This document shows positions 11,566-21,017 of a DNA stretch of 64,000 nucleotides, in pieces. The stretch covers positions 64,001 to 128,000 of the forward strand of contig CBDHDF010000007.1 in the NCBI GenBank assembly GCA_965261545.1, read 5' to 3'. The translations under genes and the position numbers were made by a program. Every line of letters starts with the position of its first letter. Position 1 is the stretch's first letter. The notes beneath the pieces are model-generated. The model searched no databases and was not told the origin of the DNA. It saw only the letters and a program-made list of their open reading frames with translations. This DNA comes from Bdellovibrionales bacterium. Its GTDB lineage: Bacteria; Bdellovibrionota; Bdellovibrionia; Bdellovibrionales; UBA1609.

Positions 11566-11850
11566 ATGGGACAAGTGGCACTATTTTTGCTGATAACACC
11601 TTTACAACATATAAAGGAGGTTGGTGTGTCACAAAAATTAGAAAAACAAGTTCAAGAAGTTTGTTTATTGTCCCAGCTTAAAGAGTTTGGACTTAATCCT
11701 AAGGATTGGTTTGTGAATATTAAGGGCTCTGGTGATGCCGTGGAAGTGATACATCGCAGGGACAATGACATCAAACTATGGGGAAACCTATGTTTTGAAA
11801 ACTTGATACTCAGGTTTGCTTTTTTAGAATTGAGAACCACCCACTGCTGA
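11566..11850 (+). CDS. Small hypothetical protein (start possibly GTG 11626 after AAGGAGG)
   Basis: ORF with a strong RBS at ~11612-11620. Confidence 0.45.
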   Translation: MGQVALFLLITPLQHIKEVGVSQKLEKQVQEVCLLSQLKEFGLNPKDWFVNIKGSGDAVEVIHRRDNDIKLWGNLCFENLILRFAFLELRTTHC

Positions 11851-12722
11851 CTACTTACTTAGCCCGGAGGTGTGTCAAAAGGGACTGTAAAAATAATTGT
11901 GTAACTGCAATTTTTTTCTTAAATCTTAAAGCCACTTATGTGGCTCCACTCCTGGTAAAAAGCACAGTCCCATATTATTCGTCAATGTATAATTGACATT
12001 TTTTCCTTCAAGCGATTTTGTCAGTCACAATGCATTATAAGTTAATGGGGAGGTGGACATCTTCGCTGGTCTATATAATTGGCCTCTTTAGTTACTCTGG
12101 ACTTTTGATTGTATTATGGAGCCGTAATGGGATCATATCAGAACTGGAAAGAACTCAAATAAATAATTATCATCTTGGTTGAAAAAAAATCAGCAATGGC
12201 TCTCTCAAAAAAATGGAAATTCCAATCTCATCAAAGGGTTCATGTGTTTAGGTTCCCATACTATATTACCCCCTTTTTTTTATTTTTTTTAACTTAGGAT
12301 ATTCGAGAAATACCAGAATTGGGATGAAATATGAAAAAAAATGGGAACCCAAATCTGCACCAAGAGGGCATGTATTTAGGTTCCCATACTATATTACCCT
12401 AACCATAGTCTCGGTATTCCAGTACTTCTGTCAACGCCTTAGAGGGGCTTTTAAGCCCCCTTATAAGGCAGGTGGTGGACCTTATTAAAAAACTTAGTTG
12501 TCAAAACGGTCACCGTATTCAATGGCAAACCTGTTCATGGCTGGCTTCCAGTTGTGTAATGGTCGTGTCCATCGCTTAGAGGCCATTTTTATCGCTAAAT
12601 ATACAACTTTTAAAGCCGACCGATCACTGGGAAATATCTTACGATTTCTGATCGCCTTGCGGATCACGCTATTTAACGACTCTATGGCGTTTGTGCATAG
12701 GTGTTCGTGGTTTTTTATTCTT

Positions 12723-13967
12723 TCATAGCAAGACCTTTTTAGCCATATTCATTGATGTTTTTCGCCGTCGGTAGTTTGTGTCATAAATTTCATGGGAGAA
12801 TATCTTGATCTTCTCTATCAAAATATTTAAATACTTTTGAGATGAGCTTAGGAGATATTTGATAAAATCAGAGGCTAATAAGACGGTAACCTTAGCAACT
12901 CTTTGAAACGATGTGGAGTCATTTTGTTCCTTATTGAGTTTAGTTCTTCCTATCCTCAAAACAACACTTGATGTGAGGTGAGCCGCTAATGAAGCAAGAA
13001 GAAGACTCTCTATGATATTTTGATCGTTTGAGGTGATCTGATTTGCATTCAAAGAATTCTTACAAGATTTGAAAATAAGTTCACATTGCCAACGTAAACG
13101 ATAAATTGGATATATGGACTCCGCTGCCACATCTAAATTCGTGCAATACCAATGATAGCGTTTTTCGGAGGAATTCCAGAAGCCTACAATTCTCAAACTT
13201 ACCCATTTACCATTGGACAAGACACTGCCTATAAATTCAACAACATCGTTTTTTTTCTTGAGTTTAATATCAGAGAACTCTTTTCCAACATAGTAATCTG
13301 GCAAACCTTCAACAACAGCATCAATAAGAATAGAGGCATTTGACTTCACTCTAGACAAGAAAAATCCTTTAGCTTCATGAATAGATGACAATAAGCCATA
13401 GTCCCAATATCCCAAATCAAAGATGACTAATTTTCCAACGAGTTCCTTTATATCAGGAAAGCACTTCCTATCGTTAGTGGAAGACGGAGTTAATTCGAAC
13501 CAAGTCATTATACCACTGAATAAACTGAAACAAGCGTGCCATTTAATTCCTGCGTTTGTTCTTGTCCCTGGAAAATTCTCAGATGCTCCATCCCAAAGGC
13601 TTATTGTGCTTGAGTCAACAAGAAGAACGTCTGAGACTCCCAGTTGTAATAATATGGCTTTGCTCCCATGAAAAGCTCCATGAGATAGCTTTATCATGAG
13701 CATTTCAACCAGTTTACTCAGAAGCTCTTTTAATCTTTTTCTAGAGAGTCTTTCCCAGAAGCTGTGTCTTTCAATTCTTAATCCTAAATGACTTATCATA
13801 AACCTCCTAATTCCCTCTATTGAATATGTCTTAGAGTCTCCCTGGAATGACAAGACAAGAGCCACAATAAACTCAAGAGGTGGAATGGTTGCCCGAGAGT
13901 CCTTTTCAGGAATAACTTTCTTGAAACATTTTTTGATCGTTTTAAGTGTTTGAGCTTCCGTGCTCAT
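12723..13967 (-). CDS. IS4-family transposase
   Basis: LVDSST, IFDLGY and YRLRWQCELIFK (YREK-type) motifs. Confidence 0.92.
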   Translation of the reverse strand: MSTEAQTLKTIKKCFKKVIPEKDSRATIPPLEFIVALVLSFQGDSKTYSIEGIRRFMISHLGLRIERHSFWERLSRKRLKELLSKLVEMLMIKLSHGAFHGSKAILLQLGVSDVLLVDSSTISLWDGASENFPGTRTNAGIKWHACFSLFSGIMTWFELTPSSTNDRKCFPDIKELVGKLVIFDLGYWDYGLLSSIHEAKGFFLSRVKSNASILIDAVVEGLPDYYVGKEFSDIKLKKKNDVVEFIGSVLSNGKWVSLRIVGFWNSSEKRYHWYCTNLDVAAESIYPIYRLRWQCELIFKSCKNSLNANQITSNDQNIIESLLLASLAAHLTSSVVLRIGRTKLNKEQNDSTSFQRVAKVTVLLASDFIKYLLSSSQKYLNILIEKIKIFSHEIYDTNYRRRKTSMNMAKKVLL

Positions 13968-14072
13968 ATTTGCCCCCTGCGTTTAAAAAATAAAAATTTC
14001 CTCCAATTAATCTTGACCTATTAAGATACTAACGCGAGAATCATTAAGTCTGTAGATAACTCACTTGTATCT

Positions 14073-14537
14073 ATGCGGATTCATTGTATTCGACAGGAGC
14101 AAAAAATAGCAATGATTTTTGGACTTTTAATATTACTTTCTTTGGGATCCTTTATATCTCTTCTTATTTCCTTATTGGTATTTGGATTTGGTTATTTACT
14201 GGCACTCATCCTCCCATTAACTCAGATGCAAGCATCTTCTTTGTTTTTTGCTTCACTCACACTTTTGGTTCTTACATGTATTTTTATGATGCTCATATCT
14301 CAATTTAAAAATCGTTACTTTCACCAGAATCTAGGAGATATTCTTTTTGATAATTTGGATGAGGATTTGGAAGATGAAAAGCAAAAAAAAATTGTAACTG
14401 AAGATATGTCTGCATCACAGCAGAAAAATGACCAAAGCGAAAAAATTGGAAGAAATCAATCCTGTCCATGCGGAAGTGGAAAGAAATTTAAATTCTGTTG
14501 TTCCCAAAAGTCCACAGTTCTTTCGTTACACAATTAA
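14073..14537 (+). CDS. Membrane protein with C-terminal SEC-C zinc-binding motif (IS passenger)
   Basis: Hydrophobic N-terminal helices; KIGRNQSCPCGSGKKFKFCC. Confidence 0.8.
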   Translation: MRIHCIRQEQKIAMIFGLLILLSLGSFISLLISLLVFGFGYLLALILPLTQMQASSLFFASLTLLVLTCIFMMLISQFKNRYFHQNLGDILFDNLDEDLEDEKQKKIVTEDMSASQQKNDQSEKIGRNQSCPCGSGKKFKFCCSQKSTVLSLHN

Positions 14538-14617
14538 GTCTCTTAAAACACATGGCTTGTCGTGGATATCAAATGTCAATCTGCGTCCATTTCTCAAAAT
14601 ACCATCTATAAATATTT

Positions 14618-14720
14618 GTATCTATTCAGGGGGGCATGAGTTTACAGAGAGAGATTTATATTTTCTCTGGTAAGAAGGAGCAATTTACCTCTTGAACTCT
14701 GCTACCCCCTGAACAGTTAC
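14618..14720. mobile_element. 103-bp IS66-derived MITE
   Basis: Ends GTATCTATTCAGGGGG / CCCCCTGAACAGTTAC resemble the IS66 TIR at 54075; 8-bp TSD AAATATTT at 14610-14617 and 14721-14728. Confidence 0.85.
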
Positions 14721-16103
14721 AAATATTTATAAATCGCCCACTTCCCTCTATGTAAAAAAGGAGGCTTGAAAAGTATTTCCATTAATTCGGAATTAAAATT
14801 AGAAAAAAACCACGAACACCTATGGGCGTTTGTGGTATAAAAAATCTTTCTGATTTCATCCGGATAATCGAAAATAGTGATGAGATTGTCCCAATTCCTA
14901 CGCCAAGACTTTTCAATATTCGGATACTTTGAAGACCACTTGGTACAAAATTCCTCAAGGGCCTTTTCAGCTTCTGTCAGAGTCGTAGAGCCATAAATGG
15001 ACTTGAGGTCTTGGGCGACAGCTTTCATATCCTTGGAAGGAACATAGCGAAGGGAATTGCGGACCATATGGACAATGCACAGTTGTACTTTAGACTTGGG
15101 AAAAGCCGCTGAAATGGCTTGAGGAAAACCTGTAAGACCATCTACAGAAAATATAAATACGTCTTTCAACCCTCGATTTTGCAGCTCAGTCAAAACACTC
15201 AACCAAAACTTTGAACCCTCATTTTCAGAAATCCATAGGCCCAACAAGTCTTTCTGACCCTCCTCTGTAATACCAAGAGCTAGGTAAATCGCCTTATTAA
15301 TAACTCTCTTGTCTTGATGGACCTTCACCACGATACAGTCCAAAAATACGATAGGGTAAGTGCTATCCAAGGGGCGGTTCTGCCAAGCCGTAACTTCATC
15401 AATAACAGCATCCGTCACGTTGGCTATCACTGAGTGGGATATCTCTGCACCATGGTAGAGGTCTTTGATAGCTCCTTGAATATCCCTGGTCGTCATTCCC
15501 CTCGCATAGAGGGTCAGAATACTGTCTTCAAAGCCCTCAAGACGAGTCTTGCCTTTGGGAATGACTTGGGGCTCAAAGGAGGCACTTCGGTCACGGGGGA
15601 CCTGAAGCTCCACCTCGCCTTTCTCTCCCTTTATGGTCTTTCTACTGTAACCATTGCGAGTGTTGGATTTGCGGGTCTCAGACTTCTCATGCCTCTCATA
15701 ACCTAGGTGATCGTCCATTTCCGCATTAAGAGCTGTCTCTAAAACAACCTTCATCAGTTGACCCGTTATGTCGGATAAATCCTTTTGGGTCTTGACGTTC
15801 TTCGCTAGTTCCTTGCCTATTGTCTTGATATCCATTTTGCCTTCTCCTTTCAGGATGATAGTTCATCCTAATATGATTCGGCAGTTACACAAAATAGTTT
15901 ACAGGCTCTGTCAAAATAAGTTGAACGATTTAATCATTTTGTCTTAATGATTAAATCACTAGAAATAATCAATTTATTTTGACACACCTCCTTAGTTTGG
16001 CACATATGTGGTTGAGAACCCATAGTTCTTTGCGCTTCTTATCAAAGCCAGAGATAGATTGAATATTCTTATCACTAAAGCAATTTTTCACAAGTACAGG
16101 AAT

Positions 16104-17520
16104 CAATGCCGTTTCCTTAAGCCACCACACCCCTCTGCCTCTGCGTTAAGCTATTTCTTTTAAAAGAACTCCCAGCGCTTTTGATAGACCTTTCATAGCT
16201 TCTTTTGAAGTGCCTCCTCTTCTCCATTGAAATCTTCATCAGCAACTTTATCTGCTTCCTAAATTTCTGATAGAGCCCCGCAACAAAAAGAGGGATGCTA
16301 TCCATTATGAAATCAAGAATCAGTTTAAAGTTAGGTTTTTTGTAGTCATTTTTTACCAACTGATTCACACTGTCTTCATCCTCATTTATGCTCATTTGAA
16401 TCTTTGTATAATTGAAGAGCCAAAAATAAGAATACAGCTCTTGCAATATTCCATTAAGGCTTGTTGAGTGCCACTGCTCCATTTTCATTGTCGATGTAAA
16501 ATCACGAAATGTCGTTTCTATTTCCCAACGACGAGAGTAAAGAGCAACCATATCCTTCTTGTCCAAGGAGCCATGCGGAAGATTAGTGGCCAAAACAGAG
16601 AACTCCCCAGTCTTTGGGTTTTTATACTTATAGAGATGAATGACCACCCCCTCAATAACCATTTGTGAATACCAACCTGGGCCATTAAATAAATTTACGA
16701 TGGGGATAAAAGTAGAGCCTCGCTTACAACGCGCAATAAAGAAGTTACTGGCTTGAGCATGGGCCTTAATAATCTCTGTAGATAAATAAAGCCTATCGTA
16801 GAGAGTTATGCTATTACTCTCAAAACTACCTATCATTTGAATAGCATTGGCGATTTCGTTGAGAGCGGGAGAAAAGCAAAGATTCTTTGTCACACCCGAT
16901 AAAACGTCATAAGCATGAGATAGATACATACGTAAGAAATGAGTTTCCATCTCATTTGGGCAAGGGTACCCACAATAACCCTCCTTTAAAAGATCTTTAG
17001 AGCGAGGAAGTGCTAATTGGTCGCCATCTATGGCATAGATATAAAAACCATGAAACGTTTTTCTCAATGGTTCGTAGTCTGTAATCAGAGATTCAAAGAT
17101 ATCTTTGAAAAATAGGTAAGAAATACTTTGACGTATCTTGCTGAGACTGCTTTTGACTGGCATGAGAAGCAGGTCACCAAAATGAGTCCATACCGTCTTA
17201 AGAGCGATTTGGTAGCCTTCGTAATTTGTTCCGGAAATAAGATAGATAATGGTAAAAAAGAAAATTTGAGGATTAAATTTTCGATTCCTTTTTTGTTTTT
17301 CTGGATCGACAAGGTGCTCTGGCTTGAAGGAAGAATCAAGTTTTGGTAGAATAAAATGGTCATCTGTGACGCGAACTCGTCATTTGGGGGCTTTCGAGAT
17401 CAATATTGGATTGCATGTGACTTACTCCTTGGTTGAGGGTTGGGTGTAAAATAAAACAAGTCTTATTCTTGTCGATTTATCTAATGATTTCAAGAGATTT
17501 TTCTTAAGGAAACGGCATTG
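16104..17520 (-). mobile_element. IS4-family element, copy A (1417 bp)
   Basis: 18-bp TIR CAATGCCGTTTCCTTAAG; flanks do not match each other. Confidence 0.93.
16117..17163 (-). CDS. IS4-family transposase (frame open ~72 codons further upstream)
   Basis: AIDGD, YDRLY and YSRRWEIETTFRDF motifs. Confidence 0.88.
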   Translation of the reverse strand: MPVKSSLSKIRQSISYLFFKDIFESLITDYEPLRKTFHGFYIYAIDGDQLALPRSKDLLKEGYCGYPCPNEMETHFLRMYLSHAYDVLSGVTKNLCFSPALNEIANAIQMIGSFESNSITLYDRLYLSTEIIKAHAQASNFFIARCKRGSTFIPIVNLFNGPGWYSQMVIEGVVIHLYKYKNPKTGEFSVLATNLPHGSLDKKDMVALYSRRWEIETTFRDFTSTMKMEQWHSTSLNGILQELYSYFWLFNYTKIQMSINEDEDSVNQLVKNDYKKPNFKLILDFIMDSIPLFVAGLYQKFRKQIKLLMKISMEKRRHFKRSYERSIKSAGSSFKRNSLTQRQRGVVA

Positions 17521-17729
17521 AGTCTGGAGTAGATGCCACTGCCTTTCATAGGGTTTCATACGAATGAAAAGTTCTTCTTCAATTTGAGAGCATTCTTTTT
17601 TCAAAAAATCTATTCGATCAAGAATGCGTTGAAGAACAAAACGATTTTCTTCCGTCATCTTTCCCGACAGGGCGTAAGAAAATTCTTCGGTCTTTTGACG
17701 TAAAGACCCTCTGGCAAGAGACATCAATT

Positions 17730-19642
17730 CCCGAGTTTGACAGCAGCATCTGCGTCAAACGAATGATATTAAAGGATTAACGCATATAGTTGTATTTTGT
17801 TTATCCACACTTGTGGGCATTAAGGATTCTGGGAGGGATGGGGACGCCTGCGGCTTTAAATAAGGAGTTGGCATTGCCAGTGATATCTGTGCGGGTCCAA
17901 ATGACTTGATCACGAATTTTAACAGGGATAGCCCTAACTTCCTTGAGTTCCCTCATGGCCTCTACAACAGTTAAAGGTCGCTCTTTAACATGACCAATGC
18001 CTATGGCTGGGCTTTTTAGGTTCATCTTCTTATCTCTTAAACATTTTGTAAGGTGGGCCTCACAAAGATAAGTTAAAAAGCATAGAGTTAAATGTCCAAT
18101 AATCCTCTGGTCTGTCCAATGGAAAACAGGACGTGTTTTCAAAGTCCCTTTTAACTCACCAAAAGCATCTTCAATTTTCCACAATTCTTTGTAGTTGATA
18201 ATAATCTCATCTGCCGTCAAGTCTTTGACATTTGTAAGGACGGCAAAAAAACCATCAATTTTTTCATCTAATTCTATTTGTTCTGCATTTAATTCATGTT
18301 TTTTATTTTTGTCGTCAGCCATCTTTACATATTTCTTATAACCTTTATTGGAAACAAAAGTACTAGACTGAACACCTTTAGAAGATAGTTTTCCTTCGAT
18401 CTTTTCAAGAAGGGATTCTCTAGATTTTTTATCTCTCTCTGCTCTTTTCCTAGACCAAGTCACAATACATCTATGCCCCCCATGGTCTGTTTCGTAAACA
18501 GCAAGCTCATTCTCATATACCCAGCTAAAACGATTTAAATCATAGACCTCTTGTTTCTTTTCTTTTTTTAAAGATCCAAGCTTCATACCAACAATAAACT
18601 CGCTTTGATCCTCACTGAGTTTGTCAGTATTAGCCTTTGATAAAAGCCCCCTATCAGCCACAAAAATGAAACGGCGTACATTAAACTTTTTTCTCATTTT
18701 ATCAACAATATCTGAAAGCGTCTTGCCTTCAAAAGTATTACCAGGGAAAACCTCAAAACCTAAAGGGATGCCATCCCGATTCACCAACAAACCAAAGACA
18801 ACTTGGGTGCAGTCTGATCGTCTCTCTTTACTATAGCCAAATTGACGAAGTTTCCCTAAGTCTGTTCTTGTACTCTCGAAGCGTAAGGTTGTTAAATCAT
18901 ACAACACAATGTCTACTTGGAAATTAAATAAATCTCGCCCCACCCAATAAAGCGAGTTCTCTATTTCATCCTTATGGGAGGCAAGTAAGTCCATAGACCG
19001 ATAAATATGCTGGAGACTCAAATCACCCTTAATCATGTCTGGGTAAAAAGATTTTTGCCAATACTCAAAAACCTTTAACTTGGAACTAGGAGCAATAAAT
19101 CGGGTGGCAACTAAGGTAAAAATCACCTTACATAAATCAAATTGAACTTTCTCATGAGAATCTTTTATGTCTTTGAGGGTCTTATTGATACCCAGTTGAT
19201 CAAACAACTTTTGTAAAATCAGCAAGGGACCCAAAATGAAAGTCTCTTCGATGTAAAGCTCCTTAGCCAATTGACTCACAGTGAGAAGCTCTCGGTGGCG
19301 GGATACGGCCTGCGCCAAACTATTAATCTTATCCTCTCCTCCTTCTCCAGCCTTACCTAAGGACATGAGCATGCGTTTTTTGGATTTGCCTTTTTCTCTG
19401 TAGGACTCCACAAGGTGGTAGTAGCACTGACCTTTTGAGTTTTTAGTCGTTTGGATGTACATGAGGATATTTTCTACATATTTCTATGATATATCAATAT
19501 TTAAAACGATAAAATCCTATTTTGTTTTCTACACTTTTTTTACGTCAATTTTAATTTTTCCAGCAGCTACCATTATATTTCAGTACAACCCCAATTTCTG
19601 GAAATTTCGCATTTTAACGCAGATGCTGCTGTCAAACTCGGG
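17730..19642 (-). mobile_element. IS1634-family element, copy 1 (1913 bp)
   Basis: TIR CCCGAGTTTGACAGCAGCATCTGCGT; long flanking duplication. Confidence 0.92.
17801..19462 (-). CDS. IS1634-family transposase
   Basis: LYDLTT, GYSKERRSD..Q, VADRG and WKIEDAFGELK..RPVFH motifs. Confidence 0.92.
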   Translation of the reverse strand: MYIQTTKNSKGQCYYHLVESYREKGKSKKRMLMSLGKAGEGGEDKINSLAQAVSRHRELLTVSQLAKELYIEETFILGPLLILQKLFDQLGINKTLKDIKDSHEKVQFDLCKVIFTLVATRFIAPSSKLKVFEYWQKSFYPDMIKGDLSLQHIYRSMDLLASHKDEIENSLYWVGRDLFNFQVDIVLYDLTTLRFESTRTDLGKLRQFGYSKERRSDCTQVVFGLLVNRDGIPLGFEVFPGNTFEGKTLSDIVDKMRKKFNVRRFIFVADRGLLSKANTDKLSEDQSEFIVGMKLGSLKKEKKQEVYDLNRFSWVYENELAVYETDHGGHRCIVTWSRKRAERDKKSRESLLEKIEGKLSSKGVQSSTFVSNKGYKKYVKMADDKNKKHELNAEQIELDEKIDGFFAVLTNVKDLTADEIIINYKELWKIEDAFGELKGTLKTRPVFHWTDQRIIGHLTLCFLTYLCEAHLTKCLRDKKMNLKSPAIGIGHVKERPLTVVEAMRELKEVRAIPVKIRDQVIWTRTDITGNANSLFKAAGVPIPPRILNAHKCG

Positions 19643-21017
19643 AGACTTCACATTGCCTCCTATTTCTGCAATCAAAAGCGCTGCACTTAATTCGTCAATT
19701 CCAGGTATAGTCTGGAGTAGATGCCACTGCCTTTCATAGGGTTTCATACGAATGAAAAGTTCTTCTTCAATTTGAGAGCATTCTTTTTTCAAAAAATCTA
19801 TTCGATCAAGAATGCGTTGAAGAACAAAACGATTTTCTTCCGTCATCTTTCCCGACAGGGCGTAAGAAAATTCTTCGGTCTTTTGACGTAAAGACCCTCT
19901 GGCAAGAGACATCAATTTAGAAACTGATCTCTCTCCATTAGCTATGGCACGAATCATGGCCATACCAGATACGCAGTCAGCTTTAGACATTGCATAGGTT
20001 AAACGAATGCCTGAATATTCAAGAACCTTATACATACGATTTTGTTCCGAAGATATTTGGCGGATCGTTTTTGTACGATAACGAGCCAAAAGTCTAATAG
20101 AACGAATCTCACGTGGAGGAATGAAGCTAGCTCTTAGAAGACCACAAGCACCAAGCTCTGCAATCCACTGGCTATCCAACACGTCAGTTTTTTTACCAGT
20201 AATATTTTTGACATGAAAGGCATTGATAACATCTACTTCATAACCTTTTTCTGTCAAATCATCGTATAAAGAATTCCAATAAATCCCTGTGCTCTCAAAA
20301 AGAACTCTCTCAACCTTATGTGGCTTCATCCAAGAGCGCATTCTAGGAAAATTTTTTGGAAAATTCTTGAACTCTTTTGTGAAAAACTTCTTCTTACCGT
20401 CTTCCACTTTGACAATCGTACACATCAACATATGTTGATGAACATCTATTCCACAAACAGAACTATAAATAGTTCCTGTCCAGGGAAGAAAGTTAAGTAG
20501 TTTTAAGTATTTACATGCCTTCCCTTTAGATTTTATGCTTTAAAATGGAGTCCATCAAACATAATCCGTGTAAATTCAGTTACTTACATAAAACGGAAAA
20601 ATAAAATAAGTTCCCCCCCCTCTCTTGACGAACCTTTCACAGCCCCTCCCTTTCAGTGACTTATGTGGCTATCAACTGGTTACTTGATATGAGAGGAAGA
20701 GTTGGATCAACCTGTGTTTCCACCGTGGTGATTTCAAACCTCCTTCAGGGAAATAACATTACGTTGCGCATCAACTTCAAAAAATACTTGACGTGTTTTT
20801 TCAGAGAAATAATTTTTGATATTTTATTCTTCATTTATTTTTTATGTAGGTTTTAGGAGGCGTGGGAACCTCTCTATGAGGTAGAATTCTTATCCATGTT
20901 CTCCGAGAACCTCTCTGATTTTTTTCTTCTTAAAAGACATCCTTGCTCACTTTTTTCCCTCAAAAAAACGTATGTTAATATAAAAATTAAAGAGAAACTT
21001 TCACCAAAGGGGGGACT

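Larger units (their letters stand above)
12696..14824 (-). mobile_element. IS4-family element (CAT termini, IS231-like) carrying a passenger gene
   Basis: Perfect 21-bp TIR CATAGGTGTTCGTGGTTTTTT; 10-bp TSD GGCGTTTGTG at 12686-12695 and 14825-14834. Confidence 0.92.
12494..15835 (-). pseudogene. IS256 transposase, split (15835-14825 and 12695-12494)
   Basis: RNGY, VPRDR, DGLTGF and QLCIVH motifs; YTTNA|IESLN motif broken by the insertion; C-terminus ends EYGDRFDN*. Confidence 0.92.
11881..15908 (-). mobile_element. IS256-family element (interrupted by an IS4-family element)
   Basis: Imperfect 28-bp TIRs GGGACTGTAAAAATAATTGTGTAACTGC / GAGCCTGTAAACTATTTTGTGTAACTGC; 8-bp TSD TGTCAAAA at 11873-11880 and 15909-15916. 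Confidence 0.93.
11866..15991. mobile_element. ~90-bp MITE (11866-11880 plus 15917-15991) split by IS256
   Basis: Removing IS256 and one TSD copy gives 23-bp TIRs GGAGGTGTGTCAAAATAA(G/A)TTGA (22/23) and an internal 12-bp IR GATTTAATCATT/AATGATTAAATC. Confidence 0.8.

Noticed and set aside
11900..11908. GTAAC inside the IS256 TIRs as an IS110 target
   Set aside because: It is followed by TGC rather than TATTCA, and no insertion is present.
15992..16103. 3' remnant of a minus-strand gene truncated by IS4 copy A
   Set aside because: Open frame of ~37 codons with no recognisable family; used only as weak support for the deletion model.
17422..17727. Chimeric ORFs at IS junctions (also 19580-20431, 25096-25827, 46499-46756, 49627-50451)
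   Set aside because: Read-through across insertion boundaries, not independent genes.
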